Below the pieces are notes generated by a model that did not search any database, had not been told where the DNA came from, and saw nothing but the letters and a program-made list of their open reading frames with translations. DNA of 64,000 nt from Escherichia coli (GTDB lineage Bacteria; Pseudomonadota; Gammaproteobacteria; Enterobacterales; Enterobacteriaceae): assembly GCF_003334305.1 (NCBI RefSeq), contig NZ_QOWS01000003.1, one strand, 5' to 3'. This document shows positions 54,854-64,000 of the stretch, piece by piece (position 1 is the first letter of the stretch; every line of letters starts with the position of its first letter). Position numbers and translations under genes: made by a program.

Positions 54854-56206
54854 ATGTTGAAATCCCCCCTGTTCTGGAAAATGACCACCTTGTTTGGTGC
54901 AGTATTGCTGTTGTTGATTCCGATAATGCTGATTCGGCAAGTGATTGTCGAACGTGCCGATTACCGTAGCGATGTGGAAGATGCGATTCGCCAAAGTACC
55001 AGCGGGCCGCAAAAACTCGTTGGGCCGCTTATCGCTATTCCTGTGACCGAGCTTTATACGGTGCAGGAAGAGGATAAAACCGTGGAGCGGAAACGAAGTT
55101 TTATCCATTTTTGGTTACCTGAGTCATTGATGGTTGATGGCAATCAGAACGTGGAAGAACGCAAGATAGGGATTTATACCGGTCAGGTCTGGCACAGTGA
55201 TTTAACGCTAAAAGCCGATTTCGATGTTTCGCGTCTTAGCGAGCTCAACGCGCCAAATATCATCTTAGGCAAGCCCTTTATTGTGATTAGCGTCGGGGAT
55301 GCGCGTGGTATTGGTGTGGTGAAAGCGCCTGAAGTTAACGGAACGGCACTGACCATTGAACCCGGTACCGGGTTAGAGCAAGGCGGGCAGGGCGTGCATA
55401 TCCCTTTACCCGAAGGGGACTGGCGGAAGCAGAACCTGAAGCTGAATATGGCCCTGAATTTAAGCGGTACCGGCGATCTTTCTGTGGTGCCTGCCGGGCG
55501 TAATAGCGAAATGACCTTAACCAGCAACTGGCCGCATCCCAGTTTTTTAGGTGATTTTTTGCCAGCCAAACGGGAAGTTAGCGAGTCAGGTTTTCAGGCG
55601 CAATGGCAAAGCAGCTGGTTTGCTAATAATCTCGGTGAGCGTTTTGCTTCAGGCAATGATACCGGCTGGGAAAACTTCCCCGCGTTTAGCGTCGCAGTGA
55701 CGACGCCAGCCGATCAATACCAAATAACGGACCGGGCGACTAAGTACGCCATTCTGCTGATTGCACTGACTTTTATGGCGTTCTTTGTTTTTGAAACGCT
55801 CACCGCGCAACGTTTACACCCAATGCAATATTTGCTGGTGGGGCTTTCATTGGTGATGTTTTATTTGCTCTTGCTGGCGCTTTCTGAACATATCGGTTTT
55901 ACCGTGGCATGGATAATCGCCAGTCTGATTGGGGCGTTAATGAACGGTATTTATTTGCAGGCGGTATTGAAAGGCTGGCGCAACAGCATGTTGTTTACCC
56001 TCGCGCTGTTGTTGCTGGATGGTGTGATGTGGGGACTGCTCAACTCTGCCGATAGCGCGCTGTTGTTGGGAACCAGTGTGCTGGTGGTGGCGCTGGCCGG
56101 CATGATGTTTGTGACTCGTAATATCGACTGGTATGCGTTTTCACTGCCGAAAATGAAAGCCAGTAAAGAAGTTACAATGGACGATCAATTACGTATCTGG
56201 AAATAA
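54854..56206 (+). CDS. creD: inner membrane protein CreD
   Basis: 450-aa polytopic membrane ORF. Confidence 0.9.
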   Translation: MLKSPLFWKMTTLFGAVLLLLIPIMLIRQVIVERADYRSDVEDAIRQSTSGPQKLVGPLIAIPVTELYTVQEEDKTVERKRSFIHFWLPESLMVDGNQNVEERKIGIYTGQVWHSDLTLKADFDVSRLSELNAPNIILGKPFIVISVGDARGIGVVKAPEVNGTALTIEPGTGLEQGGQGVHIPLPEGDWRKQNLKLNMALNLSGTGDLSVVPAGRNSEMTLTSNWPHPSFLGDFLPAKREVSESGFQAQWQSSWFANNLGERFASGNDTGWENFPAFSVAVTTPADQYQITDRATKYAILLIALTFMAFFVFETLTAQRLHPMQYLLVGLSLVMFYLLLLALSEHIGFTVAWIIASLIGALMNGIYLQAVLKGWRNSMLFTLALLLLDGVMWGLLNSADSALLLGTSVLVVALAGMMFVTRNIDWYAFSLPKMKASKEVTMDDQLRIWK

Positions 56207-56212
56207 GGTTGA

Positions 56213-56248
56213 AAAATAAAAACGGCGCTAAAAAGCGCCGTTTTTTTT
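56213..56248. terminator. Bidirectional rho-independent terminator between creD and arcA
   Basis: A-run, ACGGCGCT-aaaa-AGCGCCGT stem, T8 run. Confidence 0.85.
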
Positions 56249-56265
56249 GACGGTGGTAAAGCCGA

Positions 56266-56982
56266 TTAATCTTCCAGATCACCACAGAAGCGATAACCTT
56301 CACCGTGGATGGTGGCGATGATTTCCGGCGTATCCGGCGTAGATTCGAAATGTTTACGAATACGGCGGATCGTCACGTCTACAGTACGGTCGTGTGGTTT
56401 CAGCTCACGGCCGGTCATTTTCTTCAGCAGTTCAGCACGAGACTGAATTTTGCCTGGGTTTTCACAGAAGTGAAGCATGGCGCGGAACTCGCTGCGCGGC
56501 AGCTTGTACTGCTCGCCATCAGGGCCGATCAACGAACGGCTGTTGATGTCCAGTTCCCAACCATTGAACTTGTAGCTTTCAACGCTACGACGTTCTTCGC
56601 TGACAGTACCCAGATTCATGGTACGGGACAGCAGGTTGCGTGCACGAATCGTCAGTTCACGCGGGTTGAACGGTTTGGTGATGTAGTCATCTGCACCGAT
56701 TTCGAGGCCGAGAATTTTATCGACTTCGTTGTCACGGCCAGTCAGGAACATCAACGCAACATTCGCCTGCTCGCGCAGTTCACGCGCTAACAGAAGACCG
56801 TTCTTACCCGGCAGATTGATATCCATGATCACCAGGTTGATGTCATATTCAGAGAGGATCTGATGCATTTCCGCGCCATCTGTCGCTTCGAAAACATCAT
56901 AGCCTTCCGCTTCGAAAATACTTTTCAACGTGTTGCGTGTTACCAACTCGTCTTCAACGATAAGAATGTGCGGGGTCTGCAT
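56266..56982 (-). CDS. arcA: aerobic respiration control response regulator
   Basis: 238-aa [46 protein letters not shown]…. Confidence 0.95.
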
Positions 56983-57077
56983 GTTTGCTACCTAAATTGC
57001 CAACTAAATCGAAACAGGAAGTACAAAAGTCCCTGACCTGCCTGATGCATGCTGCAAATTAACATGATCGGCGTAAC

Positions 57078-57218
57078 ATGACTAAAGTACGTAATTGCGT
57101 TCTTGATGCACTTTCCATCAACGTCAACAACATCATTAGCTTGGTCGTGGGTACTTTCCCTCAGGACCCGACAGTGTCAAAAACGGCTGTCATCCTAACC
57201 ATTTTAACAGCAACATAA
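57078..57218 (+). CDS. yjjY: small protein YjjY
   Basis: 46-aa ORF MTKVRNCVLDALSINVNNIISLVVGTFPQDPTVSKTAVILTILTAT matching K-12 YjjY from memory; below ORF-track cutoff. Confidence 0.65.
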   Translation: MTKVRNCVLDALSINVNNIISLVVGTFPQDPTVSKTAVILTILTAT

Positions 57219-57259
57219 CAGGCTAAGAGGGGCCGGACACCCAATAAAACTACGCTTCG

Positions 57260-57273
57260 TTGACATATATCAA
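57260..57273. promoter_or_regulatory. FNR/CRP-type palindrome in arcA upstream region
   Basis: TTGAC-atat-ATCAA (9 of 10 match to FNR consensus TTGAT-N4-ATCAA); arcA is known to be FNR-activated. Confidence 0.45.
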
Positions 57274-57617
57274 GTTCAATTGTAGCACGTTAACAGTTTG
57301 ATGAAATCATCGTATCTAAATGCTAGCTTTCGTCACATTATTTTAATAATCCAACTAGTTGCATCATACAACTAATAAACGTGGTGAATCCAATTGTCGA
57401 GATTTATTTTTTATAAAATTATCCTAAGTAAACAGAAGGATATGTAGCATTTTTTAACAATTCAACCGTTAGTACAGTCAGGAAATAGTTTAGCCTTTTT
57501 TAAGCTAAGTAAAGGGCTTTTTCTGCGACTTACGTTAAGAATTTGTAAATTCGCACCGCGTAATAAGTTGACAGTGATCACCCTGTTCGCGGTTATTTGG
57601 TCAAGAAGAGTGGCAAT

Positions 57618-58304
57618 ATGCGTATAACGATTATTCTGGTCGCACCCGCCAGAGCAGAAAATATTGGGGCAGCGGCGCGGGCAATGAAAACGATGGGTTT
57701 TAGCGAACTGCGGATTGTCGATAGTCAAGCGCACCTGGAGCCAGCCACCCGCTGGGTCGCACATGGATCTGGTGATATTATTGATAATATTAAAGTTTTC
57801 CCGACGCTGGCTGAATCGTTACACGATGTCGATTTCACTGTCGCCACCACTGCGCGCAGTCGGGCGAAATATCATTACTACGCCACGCCAGTAGAACTGG
57901 TGCCGCTGTTAGAGGAAAAATCTTCATGGATGAGCCATGCCGCGCTGGTGTTTGGTCGCGAAGATTCCGGGCTGACTAACGAAGAGTTAGCGTTGGCTGA
58001 CGTTCTTACTGGTGTGCCGATGGTGGCGGATTATCCTTCGCTCAATCTGGGGCAGGCGGTGATGGTCTATTGCTATCAATTAGCAACATTAATACAACAA
58101 CCGGCGAAAAGTGACACAACGGCAGACCAACATCAACTGCAAGCTTTACGCGAACGAGTCATGGCATTGCTGACGACTCTGGCAGTGGCAGATGACATAA
58201 AACTGGTCGACTGGTTACAACAACGCCTGGGGCTTTTAGAGCAACGAGACACGGCAATGTTGCACCGTTTGCTGCATGATATTGAAAAAAATATCACCAA
58301 ATAA
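57618..58304 (+). CDS. yjtD: SpoU/TrmH-family RNA methyltransferase
   Basis: 228 aa from MRITIILVAPARAENIGAAARAMKTMGFSELRIVDS…. Confidence 0.9.
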   Translation: MRITIILVAPARAENIGAAARAMKTMGFSELRIVDSQAHLEPATRWVAHGSGDIIDNIKVFPTLAESLHDVDFTVATTARSRAKYHYYATPVELVPLLEEKSSWMSHAALVFGREDSGLTNEELALADVLTGVPMVADYPSLNLGQAVMVYCYQLATLIQQPAKSDTTADQHQLQALRERVMALLTTLAVADDIKLVDWLQQRLGLLEQRDTAMLHRLLHDIEKNITK

Positions 58305-58434
58305 AAAACGCCTTAGTAAGTATTTTTCAGCTTTTCATTCTGACTGCAACGGGCAATATGTCTCTGTGTGGATTAAAAAAAGAGTGTCTGATAGCAGCTT
58401 CTGAACTGGTTACCTGCCGTGAGTAAATTAAAAT

Positions 58435-58480
58435 TTTATTGACTTAGGTCACTAAATACTTTAACCAATATAGGCATAGC
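58435..58480 (+). promoter_or_regulatory. thr operon promoter region
   Basis: TTGACT -35-like hexamer at 58439 within A/T-rich sequence upstream of thrL; exact -10 not resolved by eye. Confidence 0.5.
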
Positions 58481-58514
58481 GCACAGACAGATAAAAATTA
58501 CAGAGTACACAACA

Positions 58515-58583
<69 letters not shown>

Positions 58584-58605
58584 CGCGTACAGGAAACACA
58601 GAAAA

Positions 58606-58638
58606 AAGCCCGCACCTGACAGTGCGGGCTTTTTTTTC
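58606..58638 (+). terminator. thr attenuator (rho-independent terminator)
   Basis: AAGCCCGCAC-ctgacagt-GCGGGCTTTTTTTT between thrL and thrA. Confidence 0.9.
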
Positions 58639-58663
58639 GACCAAAGGTAACGAGGTAACAACC

Positions 58664-61126
58664 ATGCGAGTGTTGAAGTTCGGCGGTACATCAGTGGCAA
58701 ATGCAGAACGTTTTCTGCGTGTTGCCGATATTCTGGAAAGCAATGCCAGGCAGGGGCAGGTGGCCACCGTCCTCTCTGCCCCCGCCAAAATCACCAACCA
58801 CCTGGTGGCGATGATTGAAAAAACCATTAGCGGCCAGGATGCTTTACCCAATATCAGCGATGCCGAACGTATTTTTGCCGAACTTTTGACGGGACTCGCC
58901 GCCGCCCAGCCGGGGTTCCCGCTGGCGCAATTGAAAACTTTCGTCGATCAGGAATTTGCCCAAATAAAACATGTCCTGCATGGCATTAGTTTGTTGGGGC
59001 AGTGCCCGGATAGCATCAACGCTGCGCTGATTTGCCGTGGCGAGAAAATGTCGATCGCCATTATGGCCGGCGTGTTAGAAGCGCGTGGTCACAACGTTAC
59101 CGTTATCGATCCGGTCGAAAAACTGCTGGCAGTGGGGCATTACCTCGAATCTACCGTCGATATTGCTGAGTCCACCCGCCGTATTGCGGCAAGCCGCATT
59201 CCGGCTGATCACATGGTGTTGATGGCAGGTTTCACCGCCGGTAATGAAAAAGGCGAACTGGTGGTACTTGGACGCAACGGTTCCGACTACTCCGCGGCGG
59301 TGCTGGCTGCCTGTTTACGCGCCGATTGTTGCGAGATTTGGACGGACGTTGACGGGGTCTATACCTGCGACCCGCGTCAGGTGCCCGATGCGAGGTTGTT
59401 GAAGTCGATGTCCTACCAGGAAGCGATGGAGCTTTCCTACTTCGGCGCTAAAGTTCTTCACCCCCGCACCATTACCCCCATCGCCCAGTTCCAGATCCCT
59501 TGCCTGATTAAAAATACCGGAAATCCTCAAGCACCAGGTACGCTCATTGGTGCCAGTCGTGATGAAGACGAATTACCGGTCAAGGGCATTTCCAATCTGA
59601 ATAACATGGCAATGTTCAGCGTTTCCGGCCCGGGGATGAAAGGAATGGTCGGCATGGCGGCGCGCGTCTTTGCCGCGATGTCACGCGCCCGTATTTCCGT
59701 GGTGCTGATTACGCAATCATCTTCCGAATACAGTATCAGTTTCTGCGTTCCGCAAAGCGACTGTGTGCGGGCTGAACGGGCAATGCAGGAAGAGTTCTAC
59801 CTGGAACTGAAAGAAGGCTTACTGGAGCCGCTGGCGGTGACGGAACGGCTGGCCATTATCTCGGTGGTAGGTGATGGTATGCGCACCTTGCGTGGGATCT
59901 CGGCGAAATTCTTTGCCGCGCTGGCCCGCGCCAATATCAACATTGTCGCCATTGCTCAGGGATCTTCTGAACGCTCAATCTCTGTCGTGGTAAATAACGA
60001 TGATGCGACCACTGGCGTGCGCGTTACTCATCAGATGCTGTTCAATACCGATCAGGTTATCGAAGTGTTTGTGATTGGCGTCGGTGGCGTTGGCGGTGCG
60101 CTGCTGGAGCAACTGAAGCGTCAACAAAGCTGGCTGAAGAATAAACATATCGACTTACGTGTCTGCGGTGTTGCCAACTCGAAGGCACTGCTCACCAATG
60201 TGCATGGCCTAAATCTGGAAAACTGGCAGGAAGAACTGGCGCAAGCCAAAGAGCCGTTTAATCTCGGGCGCTTAATTCGCCTCGTGAAAGAATATCATCT
60301 GCTGAACCCGGTCATTGTTGACTGCACCTCCAGCCAGGCAGTGGCGGATCAATATGCCGACTTCTTGCGCGAAGGTTTCCACGTTGTCACGCCGAACAAA
60401 AAGGCCAACACCTCGTCGATGGATTACTACCATCTGTTGCGTCATGCGGCGGAAAAATCGCGGCGTAAATTCCTCTATGACACCAACGTTGGGGCTGGAT
60501 TACCGGTTATTGAGAACCTGCAAAATCTGCTCAATGCTGGTGATGAATTGATGAAGTTCTCCGGCATTCTTTCAGGTTCGCTTTCTTATATCTTCGGCAA
60601 GTTAGACGAAGGCATGAGTTTCTCCGAGGCGACTACTCTGGCGCGGGAAATGGGTTATACCGAACCGGATCCGCGAGATGATCTTTCTGGTATGGATGTA
60701 GCGCGTAAGCTATTGATTCTCGCTCGTGAAACGGGACGTGAACTGGAGCTGGCGGATATTGAAATTGAACCTGTGCTGCCCGCAGAGTTTAACGCTGAGG
60801 GTGATGTTGCCGCTTTTATGGCGAATCTGTCACAGCTCGACGATCTCTTTGCCGCGCGCGTGGCGAAGGCCCGTGATGAAGGAAAAGTTTTGCGCTATGT
60901 TGGCAATATTGATGAAGATGGTGCCTGCCGCGTGAAGATTGCCGAAGTGGATGGTAATGATCCGCTGTTCAAAGTGAAAAATGGCGAAAACGCCCTGGCC
61001 TTTTATAGCCACTATTATCAGCCGCTGCCGTTGGTGCTGCGCGGATATGGTGCGGGCAATGACGTTACAGCTGCCGGTGTCTTTGCCGATCTGCTACGTA
61101 CCCTCTCATGGAAGTTAGGAGTCTGA
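58664..61126 (+). CDS. thrA: bifunctional aspartokinase I / homoserine dehydrogenase I
   Basis: 820 aa from [47 protein letters not shown]…; ORF-track start 58622 is an upstream extension through the attenuator. Confidence 0.97.
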
Positions 61127-61127
61127 C

Positions 61128-62060
61128 ATGGTTAAAGTTTATGCCCCGGCTTCCAGTGCCAATATGAGCGTCGGGTTTGATGTGCTCGGGGCGGCGGTGA
61201 CACCTGTTGATGGTGCATTGCTCGGAGATGTAGTCACGGTTGAGGCGGCAGAGACATTCAGTCTCAACAACCTCGGACGCTTTGCCGATAAGCTGCCGTC
61301 AGAACCACGGGAAAATATCGTTTATCAGTGCTGGGAGCGTTTTTGCCAGGAGCTTGGCAAGCAAATTCCAGTGGCGATGACTCTGGAAAAGAATATGCCA
61401 ATCGGTTCGGGCTTAGGCTCCAGCGCCTGTTCGGTGGTCGCGGCGCTGATGGCGATGAATGAACACTGTGGCAAGCCGCTTAATGACACTCGTTTGCTGG
61501 CTTTGATGGGCGAGCTGGAAGGACGTATCTCCGGCAGCATTCATTACGACAACGTGGCACCGTGTTTTCTTGGTGGTATGCAGTTGATGATCGAAGAAAA
61601 CGACATCATCAGCCAGCAAGTGCCAGGGTTTGATGAGTGGCTGTGGGTGCTGGCGTATCCGGGGATTAAAGTCTCGACGGCAGAAGCCAGGGCTATTTTA
61701 CCGGCGCAGTATCGCCGCCAGGATTGCATTGCGCACGGGCGACATCTGGCTGGCTTCATTCACGCCTGCTATTCCCGTCAGCCTGAGCTTGCCGCGAAGC
61801 TGATGAAAGATGTTATCGCTGAACCCTACCGTGAACGGTTACTGCCTGGCTTCCGGCAGGCGCGGCAGGCGGTCGCGGAAATCGGCGCGGTAGCGAGCGG
61901 TATCTCCGGCTCCGGCCCGACCTTGTTCGCTCTATGTGACAAGCCGGATACCGCCCAGCGCGTTGCCGACTGGTTGGGTAAGAACTACCTGCAAAATCAG
62001 GAAGGTTTTGTTCATATTTGCCGGCTGGATACGGCGGGCGCACGAGTACTGGAAAACTAA
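61128..62060 (+). CDS. thrB: homoserine kinase
   Basis: 310-aa GHMP kinase [27 protein letters not shown]…. Confidence 0.97.
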
Positions 62061-63347
62061 ATGAAACTCTACAATCTGAAAGATCACAACGAGCAGGTCA
62101 GCTTTGCGCAAGCCGTAACCCAGGGGTTGGGCAAAAATCAGGGGCTGTTTTTTCCGCATGACCTGCCGGAATTCAGCCTGACTGAAATTGATGAGATGCT
62201 GAAGCTGGATTTTGTCACCCGCAGTGCGAAGATCCTCTCGGCGTTTATTGGTGATGAAATCCCGCAGGAAATCCTGGAAGAGCGCGTGCGCGCGGCGTTT
62301 GCCTTCCCGGCTTCGGTCGCCAATGTTGAAAGCGATGTCGGTTGTCTGGAATTGTTCCACGGGCCAACGCTGGCATTTAAAGATTTCGGCGGTCGCTTTA
62401 TGGCACAAATGCTGACCCATATTGCGGGCGATAAGCCAGTGACCATTCTGACCGCGACCTCCGGTGATACCGGAGCGGCAGTGGCTCATGCTTTCTACGG
62501 TTTACCGAATGTGAAAGTGGTTATCCTCTATCCACGAGGCAAAATCAGTCCACTGCAAGAAAAACTGTTCTGTACATTGGGCGGCAATATCGAAACTGTT
62601 GCCATCGACGGCGATTTCGATGCCTGTCAGGCGCTGGTGAAGCAGGCGTTTGATGATGAAGAGCTGAAAGTGGCGCTGGGGTTAAACTCAGCTAACTCGA
62701 TTAACATCAGCCGTTTGCTGGCGCAGATTTGCTACTACTTTGAAGCAGTTGCGCAGCTGCCGCAGGAAGCGCGCAACCAGCTGGTTGTCTCGGTGCCAAG
62801 CGGAAACTTCGGCGATTTGACGGCGGGTCTGCTGGCGAAGTCACTCGGTCTGCCGGTGAAACGTTTTATTGCTGCGACCAACGTGAACGATACCGTGCCA
62901 CGTTTCCTGCACGACGGTCAGTGGTCACCCAAAGCGACTCAGGCGACGTTATCCAACGCGATGGACGTGAGTCAGCCGAACAACTGGCCGCGTGTGGAAG
63001 AGTTGTTCCGCCGCAAAATCTGGCAACTGAAAGAGCTGGGTTATGCAGCCGTGGATGATGAAACCACGCAACAGACAATGCGTGAGTTAAAAGAACTGGG
63101 CTACACCTCGGAGCCGCACGCTGCCGTAGCGTATCGTGCGCTGCGTGACCAGTTGAATCCAGGCGAATATGGCTTGTTCCTCGGCACCGCGCATCCGGCG
63201 AAATTTAAAGAGAGCGTGGAAGCGATTCTCGGTGAAACGTTGGATCTGCCAAAAGAGCTGGCAGAACGTGCTGATTTACCCTTGCTTTCACATAATCTGC
63301 CCGCCGATTTTGCTGCGTTGCGTAAATTGATGATGAATCATCAGTAA
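62061..63347 (+). CDS. thrC: threonine synthase
   Basis: 428-aa ORF MKLYNLKDHNEQVSFAQAVTQGLGKNQGLFFP… with PLP lysine motif FHGPTLAFKD. Confidence 0.97.
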   Translation: MKLYNLKDHNEQVSFAQAVTQGLGKNQGLFFPHDLPEFSLTEIDEMLKLDFVTRSAKILSAFIGDEIPQEILEERVRAAFAFPASVANVESDVGCLELFHGPTLAFKDFGGRFMAQMLTHIAGDKPVTILTATSGDTGAAVAHAFYGLPNVKVVILYPRGKISPLQEKLFCTLGGNIETVAIDGDFDACQALVKQAFDDEELKVALGLNSANSINISRLLAQICYYFEAVAQLPQEARNQLVVSVPSGNFGDLTAGLLAKSLGLPVKRFIAATNVNDTVPRFLHDGQWSPKATQATLSNAMDVSQPNNWPRVEELFRRKIWQLKELGYAAVDDETTQQTMRELKELGYTSEPHAAVAYRALRDQLNPGEYGLFLGTAHPAKFKESVEAILGETLDLPKELAERADLPLLSHNLPADFAALRKLMMNHQ

Positions 63348-63370
63348 AATCTATTCATTATCTCAATCAG

Positions 63371-63403
63371 GCCGGGTTTGCTTTTATGCAGCCCGGCTTT
63401 TTT
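63371..63403 (+). terminator. Rho-independent terminator after thrC
   Basis: GCCGGG…CCCGGC stem followed by TTTTTT. Confidence 0.7.
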
Positions 63404-63560
63404 ATGAAGAAATTATGGAGAAAAACGACAGGGAAAAAGGAGAAATTCTCAATAAATGCGGTAACTTAGAGATTAGGATTGCGGAGAATAACAACCGTCG
63501 TTCTCATCGCGTAATCTCCGGATATCGACCCATAACGGGCAATGATAAAAGGAGTAACCT

Positions 63561-63857
63561 GTGAAAAAGATGCAATCTATCGTACTCGCACTTTCCCTGG
63601 TTCTGGTCGCTCCCATGGCAGCACAGGCTGCGGAAATTACGTTAGTCCCGTCAGTAAAATTACAGATAGGCGATCGTGATAATCGTGGCTATTACTGGGA
63701 TGGAGGTCACTGGCGCGACCACGGCTGGTGGAAACAACATTATGAATGGCGAGGCAATCGCTGGCACCCACACGGACCGCCGCCACCGCCGCGCCACCAT
63801 AAGAAAGCTCCTCATGATCATCACGGCGGTCATGGTCCAGGCAAACATCACCGCTAA
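63561..63857 (+). CDS. yaaX: DUF2502-family secreted His/Pro-rich small protein
   Basis: 98-aa ORF with signal peptide [23 protein letters not shown] and His-rich C-terminus. Confidence 0.8.
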   Translation: MKKMQSIVLALSLVLVAPMAAQAAEITLVPSVKLQIGDRDNRGYYWDGGHWRDHGWWKQHYEWRGNRWHPHGPPPPPRHHKKAPHDHHGGHGPGKHHR

Positions 63858-63890
63858 ATGACAAATGCCGGGTAACAATCCGGCATTCAG

Positions 63891-64000
<110 letters not shown>

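Noticed and set aside
57462-57764. 100-aa minus-strand ORF in the arcA-yjtD region
   Set aside because: Overlaps the yjtD start antisense and lies in a promoter-rich AT region; no coding signal.
63637-63878. Three overlapping 61-75-aa ORFs around yaaX
   Set aside because: Alternative frames of the His/Pro/Gly-rich yaaX coding sequence; the signal-peptide-bearing plus-strand frame is the real gene.

Overview
This window reads as an Escherichia coli chromosome segment (not K-12; more like B/C/W lineages), densely packed with recognisable core genes plus one accessory cluster. Identifications rest on reading the supplied ORF translations and the DNA against remembered protein and site sequences; no database search was run. 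In order: the 4-hydroxyphenylacetate (hpa) catabolic cluster (hpaB partial, hpaA, hpaX, hpaIHFDEG on the minus strand, hpaR on plus), then tsr, lgoT-lgoR-lgoD, opgB, yjjA, dnaC-dnaT, yjjB-yjjP, yjjQ-bglJ, fhuF, yjjZ, one tRNA-Leu(CAG), rsmC, holD-rimI-yjjG-prfC, osmY, ytjA, yjjU-yjjV, yjjW-yjjI, deoCABD, lplA-ytjB, serB-radA-nadR, ettA, slt, trpR, yjjX, ytjC, rob, creABCD, arcA, yjjY, yjtD, thrL-thrABC and yaaX. REP/BIME repeats fill many intergenic gaps. I see no CRISPR array, no insertion sequence, no phage or integrase genes, and no convincing multi-gene novel system. The features most worth a second look are small: (1) the deoD-lplA gap is only about 455 bp and lacks the HipA-family kinase gene (yjjJ) I expect there from K-12; it holds a 49-codon helix-turn-helix ORF and a tandem ATCTATTCA repeat array; (2) an antitoxin-like N-terminal fragment downstream of nadR that runs into a BIME; (3) a single tRNA-Leu where K-12 carries three tandem copies; (4) trinucleotide repeats in the tsr C-terminal linker. 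The hpa cluster is the only clear accessory block.
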